From a virus (lineage: Duplodnaviria > Caudoviricetes): a stretch of DNA of 36,508 bases. Positions 7,599 to 17,253 of this stretch are shown here, piece after piece. Made by a program: the position numbers and the translations under genes. Under the pieces are notes generated by a model. The model was not told where the DNA came from. It saw only the letters and a program-made list of their open reading frames with translations, and did no database searches. The stretch lies in IMG/VR virus record IMGVR_UViG_3300040806_002667, positions 1 through 36,508 of that record, one strand, 5' to 3'. The number at the start of each line of letters is the position of its first letter. The stretch's first letter is position 1.

Positions 7599-9020
7599 AT
7601 GTCGTACAAGACAGGCTATCAAAGAAGGCGCGATCTGCCCTATCAGGGCGCTCCAGCGCTTCCCCCTCTCGGCGCGCGAGGGATCACCGGAACCTACCTC
7701 TCCGGCGGACAAATCACCGGCAAAGAGCAGAACCTTCGCCTCACTGGTCTTCAGTGGGTACGCGAAGCGGAGGAGATGCTCTCGACTGATCCAGTGATTC
7801 AAGCTTCTTGGCGAGTCTTGAAGCAGACCCTTCTTGAGGCGTCTTGGCGATGGATACCAGGCGACGAGGACGACGCGCAGTCGAAAGAGTTCGCGCGATA
7901 TGCCAACGAATGTTGGGGGCTCGACGGTTATCCAGGGATGATGTCTCTCTCTTGGGAAGAGCAGCTGCAATATCTCTGGGAGTTCGCGCCGATCGGCTAC
8001 CGTTACGCGGAAGAGATCTACAAGATCGCCGACGACGAGAACGGGACGCCGCGCGTCTGGCTCGACCTCTACGCCGACCGCGAGCCTTCAGCGCATTTAC
8101 GCTGGGAGTCGCTCGACGGTCAGACCCTCGAAGCGGTCTGTCAGCAGCTCCGCGGGAACACTCTCCCACCGGAGCCGATCCCAGCTTCTAAGCTGCTCCT
8201 CCTCACCCTGAACCGCACCGGCTCAAACTTCGAGGGGCGCGGCCTTCTTCGTCCTGCGTGGTGGTGGTGGCGATTCAAGCAAAGAACCGCGAACCTTCTC
8301 GGCGTTGGTATGGAGCGTTGGGCTGTCGCGACTCCTCGCGTCGCTGTCGATCGGTCGGCGGCTGAAGCGGCTGGACTGACTGATACCGATATCGATGAGA
8401 TGATCGACCGCGCGGCGGCGCAAGCTCAAGCGTATATCGCACAAGAGCAGAGCTTCCTCGTCGATAATCCGGTCGTCTCCTTCCAGACCTTCGGCGAGCA
8501 AAAGCTCGACAGCTCTCACGCGCTCGCCACCATCAAAGAGTGCGATCACCAGCTCTCGATGGCCTTCCTTGCTTCGTTTATGAATCTCGGAACCACGGAC
8601 ACGGGATCGAGGAGCGTCGGCGAAGTTCACCTCTCTGTTTTCCGTCGATCCGCGCTCAATCTCTGCGACATGATCTCCTCTTCCGTCGGCGGGATGGATC
8701 GGAGAGGCGGCGGGACAATCGGGCGCCTTCTGCGATGGAACTACGGAGAGTGTTCACCCTCCCAGCTCCCTCGACTCGTCCACTCTGGTCTTGATGCTGA
8801 CGAGCTCGCGGAGAGCCTCACCGCTCTCGCTCCGCTGGTCCAGTTCGGTCTCCTCACTCCAGAGGACGATCTTGAGCGCGCGATCAGAGAGCGGATCGGC
8901 GCGGGTGAGCTCCCAGAAGAAGCGGCGCGCTCTTACTTCGACCGCGTCAGCGCTGGTCTCGGTGGAGGAGCGACCGCTCTTTCAGAGCGTTATCGCGCGA
9001 TGAAGAGAGGGATCAAATGA
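7599..9020 (+). CDS. Portal protein (Mu gp29/DUF935-like)
   Basis: About 473 aa, first gene of the head operon, GRGLLRPAWWWWRFK...ERWAVATP and GSRSVGEVH motifs; RBS GGAGG before ATG 7599. Confidence 0.8.
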   Translation: MSYKTGYQRRRDLPYQGAPALPPLGARGITGTYLSGGQITGKEQNLRLTGLQWVREAEEMLSTDPVIQASWRVLKQTLLEASWRWIPGDEDDAQSKEFARYANECWGLDGYPGMMSLSWEEQLQYLWEFAPIGYRYAEEIYKIADDENGTPRVWLDLYADREPSAHLRWESLDGQTLEAVCQQLRGNTLPPEPIPASKLLLLTLNRTGSNFEGRGLLRPAWWWWRFKQRTANLLGVGMERWAVATPRVAVDRSAAEAAGLTDTDIDEMIDRAAAQAQAYIAQEQSFLVDNPVVSFQTFGEQKLDSSHALATIKECDHQLSMAFLASFMNLGTTDTGSRSVGEVHLSVFRRSALNLCDMISSSVGGMDRRGGGTIGRLLRWNYGECSPSQLPRLVHSGLDADELAESLTALAPLVQFGLLTPEDDLERAIRERIGAGELPEEAARSYFDRVSAGLGGGATALSERYRAMKRGIK

Positions 9021-10996
9021 GCTTCAAGCGGAAAGCCAGGCGCCTCGCGGAGCGTCGTCGCAAGGATGATCCGAAGACTCCCGCTCCTAAGCGAGATCAG
9101 CGGACCGGATCGAAGACGAATCCGAAGGGCTCCGCATCCGGAACACGCGGCTCCATCGAGGTCTCGGATCGAACCGAGAAGGCGCTGGAGAATATGCGCG
9201 ACGAGCATAACGAGAAGCACGAGGCGAAGGGCCGTCGTGTTGATCTTGGCATGCTCAAGGCTGTTTATCGGCGCGGAGCTGGAGCCTTCTCGACCTCTCA
9301 CCGTCCGTCGGTCACCTCTCGCGATCAGTGGGCGCTCGCGCGCGTCAAAGCCTTCCTGAAACTGGTCGGGACTGGACAGCGAAAAGAGGCTTATGACACC
9401 GACCTCGACCTTCTCCCAAAAGATCACCCTCAACACAGGGCGAAAGAGGCGAGCGAGAAGATGGCGGAGCTCCCCAAGAAATATGCCCACATCGACTTCA
9501 AGCCTCCAAAGGGTGCTCAAGAAGCAGCGGCGCGCGCCTTGCAGGTACGCGCGGAGAAACCGGAGTCACAGCGAGGGATGACAGCGGTTGGAATCGCGCG
9601 AGCTCGCGATCTTAAGAACGGCCTCGAGCTCTCTCCGGAGACCGTCCGTCGCATGCTCGCGTACTTCACGCGACACGAGATCGATAAGAAGGGCGAGACT
9701 TGGGACGAACAAGGAAAAGGCTGGCAAGCCTGGCAAGGGTGGGGCGGCGACGCGGGATTCGCTTGGGCGAGAAAGGTAGTCGGACAGATGAACGCAGCTG
9801 ATGAGAAGACACTTACAGAAAGAGCTTTCACCTTCTCCGAAGCGGAGGAGATCGACCTCGATGGCCTCACCGTCGTCGTCGAAGATGGTCAGCAGCTTGG
9901 GCGCCCATTCGTCACGCTCCGCGCTGGCACCGTCGCTTCTCGGATGAGCGGTGAGACGATCGCCGAAGTTACGCCTTCAATGCTCGCGGAGATCGTCCGC
10001 GTCTACCAGGCACGCAAAGAGAGCGACCCAGTAATCATCGACTGGAATCACCAGAGCTCTCCCTCATACGGATCAAACACTCCTGAAACCGGAGGAGCGC
10101 TCGGCGAGATCGTCGATCTTCGCCTCTCCGAGGATGGTGAGTGTTTGATCGCTATCCCCGCTTATAACGAGCGCGGACTTAAAACAGTCGCGGAAGCTCA
10201 AGGCTCTCTCTGGTCGTCTCCAGAGTTTGTTCTGGGCGAAGTCTACGCGAGAGAGAGCGGAGCTCCCACAGGAGGCGCTCAACTTCTCGCTGTCACTCTT
10301 ACCCCTCGACCGCAGCAGACTGCGAGCTCGGTCGATCGTGTTCTACTAACCGAGGAGGTTAACCTCATGGAGACCCGTGAGAACCTGATGAAGATGGAGC
10401 GGGACGACCTCGTCGATCTCTTGCTTCAGAAGATGGCGATGGTCGCCGAGATGGAGAGTCGTCTTACCGAGGAAGAGCCCAAAGAGCTCGCCGAGGAAGA
10501 GGACAAGAAAGAGATGGCCGAGGACGAGGAGAAGAAGAGCCTCGCCGAGGATGAGGACAAGGAAGAGATGATGGAGAAGAAGAACTACGCGATGAGCGAA
10601 GGTTCTGCTCTCCTTCTCGCCGAGGTCTCCACTCTTCGCGAGCAGCTCACCGCTCTCCGTGAGGAGAACCAGAGCGTCAAGCGCCAGGGCGCCGTCGACG
10701 AGCTCGTCCGCTCCGGTCGGATCTCTCCCGCCGAGGTCGCACTCGCCGAGAAGGCTTGGAACCAAGCGCAGAGCGGCGACGACGCATTCTGGGCGATGTT
10801 CAACGAGCGCAAGGCAGGTTCTGTCGTCTCTCTCCGCGAGGTCGGTCACGGCGCCAGCGGTGAGCAGATCAACCGCGAGACCCTCGCTGACCGCGCGAAG
10901 CAGCTTGCAGCGGAGAAGTCGATCAGCTTCTCCGAGGCTCTTAACACGATTCGAACCACTGACCGCGAGTTCTTCCTCGCTGCTATGGAGGGCTAA
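9017..10996 (+). CDS. Prohead protease/scaffold (Mu gpI-like) with two extra N-terminal domains
   Basis: PVIIDWNHQS, WSSPEF, LLAVTLTPRP resemble Mu I-type protease motifs; acidic coiled-coil C-terminus; lies between portal and capsid genes. Confidence 0.75.
   Translation: MSFKRKARRLAERRRKDDPKTPAPKRDQRTGSKTNPKGSASGTRGSIEVSDRTEKALENMRDEHNEKHEAKGRRVDLGMLKAVYRRGAGAFSTSHRPSVTSRDQWALARVKAFLKLVGTGQRKEAYDTDLDLLPKDHPQHRAKEASEKMAELPKKYAHIDFKPPKGAQEAAARALQVRAEKPESQRGMTAVGIARARDLKNGLELSPETVRRMLAYFTRHEIDKKGETWDEQGKGWQAWQGWGGDAGFAWARKVVGQMNAADEKTLTERAFTFSEAEEIDLDGLTVVVEDGQQLGRPFVTLRAGTVASRMSGETIAEVTPSMLAEIVRVYQARKESDPVIIDWNHQSSPSYGSNTPETGGALGEIVDLRLSEDGECLIAIPAYNERGLKTVAEAQGSLWSSPEFVLGEVYARESGAPTGGAQLLAVTLTPRPQQTASSVDRVLLTEEVNLMETRENLMKMERDDLVDLLLQKMAMVAEMESRLTEEEPKELAEEEDKKEMAEDEEKKSLAEDEDKEEMMEKKNYAMSEGSALLLAEVSTLREQLTALREENQSVKRQGAVDELVRSGRISPAEVALAEKAWNQAQSGDDAFWAMFNERKAGSVVSLREVGHGASGEQINRETLADRAKQLAAEKSISFSEALNTIRTTDREFFLAAMEG
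10367..10996 (+). CDS. Scaffold protein from an internal in-frame start (Mu gpZ-like)
   Basis: GAGGAGG at 10352-10358 upstream of in-frame ATG 10367, at the protease/scaffold boundary. Confidence 0.6.
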   Translation: METRENLMKMERDDLVDLLLQKMAMVAEMESRLTEEEPKELAEEEDKKEMAEDEEKKSLAEDEDKEEMMEKKNYAMSEGSALLLAEVSTLREQLTALREENQSVKRQGAVDELVRSGRISPAEVALAEKAWNQAQSGDDAFWAMFNERKAGSVVSLREVGHGASGEQINRETLADRAKQLAAEKSISFSEALNTIRTTDREFFLAAMEG

Positions 10997-10998
10997 GC

Positions 10999-11403
10999 AT
11001 GGGCCGTCTTTCAAACTCTGATATCGATACTTTTATCGCCGCCGAGGCGATCACTGCTCTCCAAGCTGTCGTCTTCGACAGCAACGGGAAGGTGGCACTC
11101 GCTGACACCACGACCGGCGAGAACGTCGACGGGATCGCACAGCGCAGCGCTGACGCTGGCGACGCTGTTGAGGTTGTTCTTCGTGGTCGTACTAAGGCGA
11201 TCGCTGGCACCACTCTCACCGCAGGGACTCATTCTCTGCTTATGGTCGAGACGGGAACCGCTCGCCTCATCCCGTGGGCTACCGGTGGCGGAGCTCCAAT
11301 CCAGCGCAGCGTCGCTCGCGTGATCTTTAATCAGAATGTTACCTCATACGCCGACGGCGACGAGATTGAGGTCATTTTCTCCGGCGCTAGCCAAGCCTCC
11401 TAA
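10999..11403 (+). CDS. Capsid decoration/cement protein
   Basis: 134 aa, Ala/Gly/Thr-rich, GIAQRSADAGDAVEV pattern, immediately before the major capsid gene. Confidence 0.7.
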   Translation: MGRLSNSDIDTFIAAEAITALQAVVFDSNGKVALADTTTGENVDGIAQRSADAGDAVEVVLRGRTKAIAGTTLTAGTHSLLMVETGTARLIPWATGGGAPIQRSVARVIFNQNVTSYADGDEIEVIFSGASQAS

Positions 11404-11416
11404 GGAGTCGTAAATC

Positions 11417-12424
11417 ATGGCCCGTCCAAGTTATAGCAATCTTCATCCCGTCGATCAGATCTTGACCAACATCGTCGCCGAGGCGATCCCAAGCGACAGT
11501 CAGCTCATCGCTGGTCGCGTGATGGAGCAGGTCGACGTTCCAGAGCGAAGCGGGACCCTCCTCGTCGAGGAGACTCGCTCCTTCATGGGTGCTCCAGAGG
11601 CTGACTCTCGCCGCGCGCCAGGCGCAAGCCGACAGAGTCTCTCCAGCTTCAACCGAAGCAGCCTCACCTTCAAGGCGGAGATCCACTCGTTCGAGGACTC
11701 CATCGCGATGGAGGACATCGAAGACTCGCAGTACCCAGGCTCTGAAGAAGAGCGGAGCGCTCGCAAGGTTCGCCGCGCTCTTCTCCTCGCTCAAGAGAAG
11801 CGCTGCGCAGATCTTCTCTTCTCGACCAGCGAGTTCACGAATAACACGACCCCAGGGACTAAGTTCGATGCCGCTGGAGCGGAGCCTTTGAGCTTCCTTC
11901 ACGATCAGCTCGACATCCTTCGCGCGGCGAATCACGGGATCGTCGCTGATACTCTGATCCTTGGTTATGACGTGCTCCGCGCTCTCGCTCGTAACCCAGA
12001 GATCAGATCATTCGTGAGCGTTGGCGACGCCGCACAAGGCATCGGTATTGCGAGCGGGAACCGCATCCTCGCTGATGACGCAGTGCTTCAGGTTCTTAGC
12101 ACGGTCCTCAACATCCCGAACGTCTTTGTCGGTAGCGCTCGACGCGAGACCGCGATCCCAGGCGCGACCTCAAGCGAGGCGAATATCTGGAACGGTGAGA
12201 CGATCGGCCTCTACATCATGCGCGGCTCCGACGCTGTCGCGCAGAAAAGCGGCGGCGTCAAGGCTATGCCAGTCGCGGCGCTCAACATGATGTACAAGAG
12301 CCTTCAGGCTGGGCAGTACGACTCCCTCGACCTCGTCCGTCGTCATGTCTGGGGTGAGCACGTCCAGCTCTTCAAGAAGGTCGACGCAGACCGCGGTCGT
12401 CTCCTGACCAACTGCCTCACCTAA
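11417..12424 (+). CDS. Major capsid protein
   Basis: 335 aa, strong RBS TAAGGAG, HPVDQILTN N-terminus and GRLLTNCL C-terminus typical of gpE-like capsids, position. Confidence 0.85.
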   Translation: MARPSYSNLHPVDQILTNIVAEAIPSDSQLIAGRVMEQVDVPERSGTLLVEETRSFMGAPEADSRRAPGASRQSLSSFNRSSLTFKAEIHSFEDSIAMEDIEDSQYPGSEEERSARKVRRALLLAQEKRCADLLFSTSEFTNNTTPGTKFDAAGAEPLSFLHDQLDILRAANHGIVADTLILGYDVLRALARNPEIRSFVSVGDAAQGIGIASGNRILADDAVLQVLSTVLNIPNVFVGSARRETAIPGATSSEANIWNGETIGLYIMRGSDAVAQKSGGVKAMPVAALNMMYKSLQAGQYDSLDLVRRHVWGEHVQLFKKVDADRGRLLTNCLT

Positions 12425-12433
12425 GAGGTATTG

Positions 12434-13351
12434 ATGCGCTGTCTTCACTGCTCTTCACACATTCACCTCGCAGAGGACGCGGACGCGAAAGCGATCGACG
12501 ACTTGACCCGCCAGATTAAGGCGGCGACGGACGCTCGATTGCTCCAAGTGCTCCGCGCGTCTAAAGCTCAACTACAGCTTGAGGCGAAGCTCGATCGGGA
12601 TCTCCGTCGAGCGCTCCGAAGAAGCAAGGCTGAAATCGTGAACGCAGTGAAGGCAGCAGCCGCGCGCGGTGGACTCGACGAGCTCCGCCGGATGCGCCGT
12701 GGTGAGATGAACGCTTGGATCCTAGATAATGGCCTAGCTTCCTCCATCATGCAGATCACTGACGCGGAGAGAGAGACCCTCGCGAATGTCGAGGAGCTCC
12801 TCTTGGCGTCTGAAGAAGGCTTCTCGGTCTCCGAAATCGGAGGCGTCGGACAAGCCCTAGCTGACCAGACAATCTCGGGGATCTACGATGATGTCATTTT
12901 GCCCGATGTTCAGCGCTCGGTCAGAGACGCGCTCTCAAGCGCCGCTTTTACTCTGGAACCCTCTGATGTTATCAGCGGCCTCGATGCTGCTCTCCGATCC
13001 GCAGAGGGTCGTCAGATCACAGAGGCGAGAACGAGAATCACAAGCTACGGTCGCGAGCTCACCGCTATCGCAGCCGAAGAAGCTGGACTGAACCATTATC
13101 TCTACACCGGCCCGCTAGACGGGATCACTCGCTCATTTTGTCGAGTGATCGTCGGCAAGGTCTACACGCAGACACAGGTCGGAGAGATGCGAAATTATCA
13201 GCTTGAGCCAGTGTTGACGCGAGGGGGCGGTTACAACTGCCGGCACTCGTGGTCGCCGGTCTCCGAAGAGCTGATCGAATCGGCTAACCTAGAACGCGGG
13301 ACCGACGCGGAAGTCAGACAAGCGAACCAGAAGGCGAGGGCCGATCGATGA
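12434..13351 (+). CDS. Head morphogenesis / minor capsid protein (SPP1 gp7 / Mu gpF-like)
   Basis: C-terminal YTGPLDGITRSFC...GGYNCRHSW motif. Confidence 0.75.
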   Translation: MRCLHCSSHIHLAEDADAKAIDDLTRQIKAATDARLLQVLRASKAQLQLEAKLDRDLRRALRRSKAEIVNAVKAAAARGGLDELRRMRRGEMNAWILDNGLASSIMQITDAERETLANVEELLLASEEGFSVSEIGGVGQALADQTISGIYDDVILPDVQRSVRDALSSAAFTLEPSDVISGLDAALRSAEGRQITEARTRITSYGRELTAIAAEEAGLNHYLYTGPLDGITRSFCRVIVGKVYTQTQVGEMRNYQLEPVLTRGGGYNCRHSWSPVSEELIESANLERGTDAEVRQANQKARADR

Positions 13352-14331
13352 TCAAAGCAGCTCAAAACAAGGATTATATCTTCTCGTGGGAGTCGCCTTA
13401 TCCGCTCGCCGCGACGCCGACTCTCGCCTATACGCTCCCCAACGGAACGACGCGCGCCGCGTCGAATATGACAGCGGTGCACTCTTCGGCGACGGTGACA
13501 GCTCTTGGAGGAGATCGGCGGACTCTCACCCTCTCCGCCAGCGCTGACGCTTCAGGGCGAATCGGCGCCAGGTCGGGTCGCGCCTTCCTCGTCACCGATG
13601 AGGACGGGCTCTTTCTCGTTACGGTTGATCGGATTGACGGGGCAACCGCGATCCTCGCCGACCTTCTCCCGCGAGGTCTAGCACTCACCGAGAGCGCCTC
13701 TCTCGTCTGGGCTGGATACGAGTATACAATCCCCGCAGCGGATACAGCGACGCGCGGTCTGATCGACTGGACCGTCGCTTATACCAGCGACGAGAGCCCG
13801 AACGATCGACCACTCCTCGCGCGGAACGTGATCGAGGTCGTCCGTCGACCATTCGACACCGGCCTCACCCACTCCGACCTCGTCGCGAAGATGCCCCAAT
13901 TAGGCGACATGATCCCGCGACGTCAGCAGGATCTCTCTGAACAGATCGCGGCGGCGCTCGACGAGCTCACCCTTTATATCAGAGACGAGCTCCTTGAGAG
14001 CCAGACCGAAGACGACATTTTCAATCCTCACATTTTCCTCGAAGCTCACCGCTATCTCTCCGCGTCGCGCGTCTATGAGATGACCGCTCAACTAGACATC
14101 GCGGAGCGCATGAGTAATCGAGCGATGGAGCTCTTCACCAGGGCGATGAGGCAGCTCACCCTCGACACCGATGACGACGGAGTGATCGACTCCGACGAGA
14201 TCAACCTTCGCAGAGCGGGTGGGAAAGTCTCCGACGCGCGCGGAACCTTCTCCCTCCCATCGGTCCAGCCTACACAGCGAGAGAAGGACATCGCGATCGA
14301 GTATCCTCGCTGGCGAGGGATGCAGCACTAA
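13348..14331 (+). CDS. Probable head-tail adaptor / virion protein
   Basis: Position; beta-rich N-terminus and helical C-terminal half; coupled overlaps. Confidence 0.5.
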   Translation: MIKAAQNKDYIFSWESPYPLAATPTLAYTLPNGTTRAASNMTAVHSSATVTALGGDRRTLTLSASADASGRIGARSGRAFLVTDEDGLFLVTVDRIDGATAILADLLPRGLALTESASLVWAGYEYTIPAADTATRGLIDWTVAYTSDESPNDRPLLARNVIEVVRRPFDTGLTHSDLVAKMPQLGDMIPRRQQDLSEQIAAALDELTLYIRDELLESQTEDDIFNPHIFLEAHRYLSASRVYEMTAQLDIAERMSNRAMELFTRAMRQLTLDTDDDGVIDSDEINLRRAGGKVSDARGTFSLPSVQPTQREKDIAIEYPRWRGMQH

Positions 14332-14909
14332 TGACCTCCAAGGTTAAAGTCTCGATCACAATTCCAGAGCTCTGGACGGTGAGAGATAGTCAGATCACAG
14401 CGCTCGACACGATCGCTCTGGTCCGCTCTCGCGTCTATGCTGGTAAGAACACGAGCGACCGACCTTTTAAGGAGTATTCAGAGCGACCGATCTATATCTC
14501 GTATCAAGCGAACCTTCCGCCAAAAGGCGGCGAGGAGACTCCGAAGGGGGTCTACTATAAAGGCGGCTATCGAGAATATAAGCGGAAGAGCCGACGCTAT
14601 ACGCCAGGCGGAAAGAACCAGACTGCCGAGGTCGATCTCACCTTGAGCGGCGCGCTCATGAATAACCTGATCACGACCAACGCGACGAAGACGAGCTACA
14701 CGATAGGGCTCTCCTCTAAGGTGCAGTCTTATGGTTATGATGTTCACCGAGATCGTCCGTTCATTGGGCTCTCTAACTCAGACCAGAGAAAGCTCACCAA
14801 CGCGATCGCCGCGAGGATGCGAAAGAAGCTCTCTCCAGTGGGCTATGGTTACGCAGAGCAAAAGAGCTTTATCAGCTCGATCAATAGAGCAATCGGAGGT
14901 CGAAGATGA
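14331..14909 (+). CDS. Neck / tail completion protein (Mu gpG-like virion morphogenesis)
   Basis: VDLTLSGALMNNL and RPFIGLS motifs. Confidence 0.65.
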   Translation: MTSKVKVSITIPELWTVRDSQITALDTIALVRSRVYAGKNTSDRPFKEYSERPIYISYQANLPPKGGEETPKGVYYKGGYREYKRKSRRYTPGGKNQTAEVDLTLSGALMNNLITTNATKTSYTIGLSSKVQSYGYDVHRDRPFIGLSNSDQRKLTNAIAARMRKKLSPVGYGYAEQKSFISSINRAIGGRR

Positions 14910-15373
14910 GCCAAGGAGTCGCGAGCGCTTTCTCTTTCCTCATCAATCGCCTCGAGGCGCTCATCCCGAAGACCGACGAGTCGCAAGGATTCGTCTGTGT
15001 TGATCCTGCTTCGGGGATGGAGCTGCTAACAGATCGCCGACCGAATACGCTCCGCCTCTTTGAGCTCCGCACGACCACTTTCCCCCATGACGATGGGCAA
15101 GCGGGAATCACTGGAAGGAAGCGACTCACCGCCGAGCTCCGCGTCCGCTATGATATCCCGCGAGACGTCGGCCTTCTGGAGCGCATCGTCGGAGAGGATA
15201 GCTCACAGCTGGTCAACTCCTTGCGCGATCCCGCGTATAGTCTAGCGACGACTGGGATCACCTCACTGATCACCGGAGAGGCTACGACCACTCCGCTCCT
15301 TGATGAGGCAGGAAACCCAGCGGCGCTCCTTCTCATTGTTCCGTTCGACCTTCTCTTCTCGGAGGCCTTCTGA
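14906..15373 (+). CDS. Probable tail terminator
   Basis: 155 aa immediately upstream of the tail tube gene. Confidence 0.5.
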   Translation: MSQGVASAFSFLINRLEALIPKTDESQGFVCVDPASGMELLTDRRPNTLRLFELRTTTFPHDDGQAGITGRKRLTAELRVRYDIPRDVGLLERIVGEDSSQLVNSLRDPAYSLATTGITSLITGEATTTPLLDEAGNPAALLLIVPFDLLFSEAF

Positions 15374-16668
15374 TGGCAGTTACACATCGTTCACTCTCGG
15401 TCGCGGTCGAGAGCTCTTTCGGATCGCTTAGCTCTTTGACTGGAGCTCCAAGCGCTACCGGTCTCTCCTTTATCTCGATCCCCTGTGAGAGAGATCCCAT
15501 CGTCGTTCCAGGCGAGCCTCCGGTCTCGGAGCGCACAGAGGCGCGCGACGGTCCTCACGGTCTCCCTCCGGAGCTTGATACGACATACATCGCCGGAACC
15601 AAGCAACAGCGCAGAACCGGAACCGTCACCGTTCGATGCGACTTTACCACGCTCGGCACTGGTTCAAACTACGCTGGGACCGCTCTCGGTCGTCTCCTCT
15701 CCGCTGGATTCTCGACCACGATCCCAGGCGCGGAGAACGACGCGGTGAGCGCGGCGGTGGGGACGAATGAATACACCCCGACCACTCTCGCGAGCTACAA
15801 GCTCGGCGGCCTCTTCGGGATCGAGATCAACGGGCGCGCAGAATACGCCCATGTTACTTCCAAGAACGGAAGCGGGACGGGGAACATCGGTTACTCTCCA
15901 GCGCTCTCCCGCGACCTCACCACATCCGACACCGTCCGTCTCCTCCAGACTTGGTACACGGCCAAGGGAGACAACAGCGGATCCGTCGCGAACAGCCTTG
16001 CCTTCCGCGTCGATGGCGTCGGCGTCCTCTCCTATGCTTTCGGATGCAAGCTTGAGAGCCTCTCAATCTCGATCGACGGCGGGCGCTTGATGGGTGACTT
16101 CGTCTTCCAAGCTGCTCATATTGAGGACGATCACGGGAACGCGACTGGACCGGTTGAACCACAGACGACCGATGGAGCGACTCCGCATTTTCGGAGCTGC
16201 TATGTCCTCCTCTCCGACGCGGCCTCGACCTCGCGAACGGATATCGGGACCGATAACGGAGACGAACACGGGCGCATCGCTCTCTCCGTCTCCGAGTTCA
16301 GCGCGACGATCACTAACACTCTCACTCCGATCGGTCAGAGCTCTTCTCTGATCGGGATGAGCGACATGGAAGTAAGTGATCAGACCGTAGAGGTCTCGCT
16401 TACCGTCGACTCTCCGAATACGACGATCAACAATGACTTCCGCGACGCGGTCGTGAGAGATCTCCTTGTGGGGACTGGTCCAGTCGGCGACGGTCAGGGG
16501 ATGGCGCTGAACGTGCCAGGCGCTTACCTGACAGTCGATCCACAGATCCGAGTCATCGACGGAGAGATCGTTCAGCAGAGTCTCACCTATGCGGCTTCTC
16601 GCTTCGGTGGTGATGCGGGAACCGGCGACGCGGGAGGGACTCCTCTTCGGATCGGATTGGGGCTCTAA
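15373..16668 (+). CDS. Major tail (tube) protein
   Basis: 431 aa, S/T/G-rich beta protein, LSVAVESSFG N-terminus, YAFGCKLESLSISI; precedes chaperone and tape measure. Confidence 0.7.
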   Translation: MAVTHRSLSVAVESSFGSLSSLTGAPSATGLSFISIPCERDPIVVPGEPPVSERTEARDGPHGLPPELDTTYIAGTKQQRRTGTVTVRCDFTTLGTGSNYAGTALGRLLSAGFSTTIPGAENDAVSAAVGTNEYTPTTLASYKLGGLFGIEINGRAEYAHVTSKNGSGTGNIGYSPALSRDLTTSDTVRLLQTWYTAKGDNSGSVANSLAFRVDGVGVLSYAFGCKLESLSISIDGGRLMGDFVFQAAHIEDDHGNATGPVEPQTTDGATPHFRSCYVLLSDAASTSRTDIGTDNGDEHGRIALSVSEFSATITNTLTPIGQSSSLIGMSDMEVSDQTVEVSLTVDSPNTTINNDFRDAVVRDLLVGTGPVGDGQGMALNVPGAYLTVDPQIRVIDGEIVQQSLTYAASRFGGDAGTGDAGGTPLRIGLGL

Positions 16669-16670
16669 GA

Positions 16671-17183
16671 ATGGCGTTCATATTCTCCACGAGCACCGAT
16701 CAGACCGTTGAAGTTGTCTCAACCGTTGACCCGTCGGTCATCGGGACTGAAGAGGCTAAGGTCGAGTATCTCTCGACGCGCGACGAGAGCCTCTTCGATT
16801 CGACGGAAGGGGCAACGCGTTTCACCCTTCGAGCGCTATCTCCTCAAGCTAGAGAAGACGCGGAAGTTGAGGCGGGCGCCTATTCTCGATCGGAGCTCGG
16901 GAGAATCCTCTGGACAGAGCAACCCGACGACCCGAAGGAGCGCGCGCGCTGGCAGCATGATCTTCCAGAAGATGAGCGGCGAGCGCTTGGCGAATACAAT
17001 CGTTATCTGTCGCGCGTTTATCGGGAGATGCTTCGCGCTGGTCTCGTCTCCATCGAAGGTCATGACGGTGACCCGCTGGAGCTCGTCGACTCGATCCGTC
17101 CGGATCATCATCGTCAAGTTTTGATGGGGGAGCTCGTCGCGCATATTCAAGCGCTCTCGCTTTTGCCACCCGCGGGAAAATAG
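16671..17183 (+). CDS. Tail assembly chaperone (gpG analogue)
   Basis: Between tube and tape measure; ends GCG GGA AAA TAG. Confidence 0.8.
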   Translation: MAFIFSTSTDQTVEVVSTVDPSVIGTEEAKVEYLSTRDESLFDSTEGATRFTLRALSPQAREDAEVEAGAYSRSELGRILWTEQPDDPKERARWQHDLPEDERRALGEYNRYLSRVYREMLRAGLVSIEGHDGDPLELVDSIRPDHHRQVLMGELVAHIQALSLLPPAGK

Positions 17184-17253
17184 CAGCGGGAGCCAGTGTC
17201 TGGATCGCCTATGCTGGTTCCCGCGCGTGGAGTTGTGAACAATGCAAAGGCGA
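17174..17253 (+). promoter_or_regulatory. Frameshift signal: slippery heptamer plus 14-bp stem / H-type pseudoknot
   Basis: Stem 17186-17199/17211-17224; loop TCGCCT 17205-17210 is complementary to AGGCGA 17248-17253. Confidence 0.65.

Noticed and set aside
6170-7600. Invertible segment around terL
   Set aside because: No flanking inverted repeats seen and no invertase gene
7560-7970. N-terminal 137-aa extension of terL in the ORF track
   Set aside because: Antisense to the portal gene; the terminase motifs begin after Met at 7559/7541
10346-11014. 222-aa minus-strand ORF and similar antisense ORFs across the structural operon
   Set aside because: Shadow frames expected from GC-rich codon bias; no motifs
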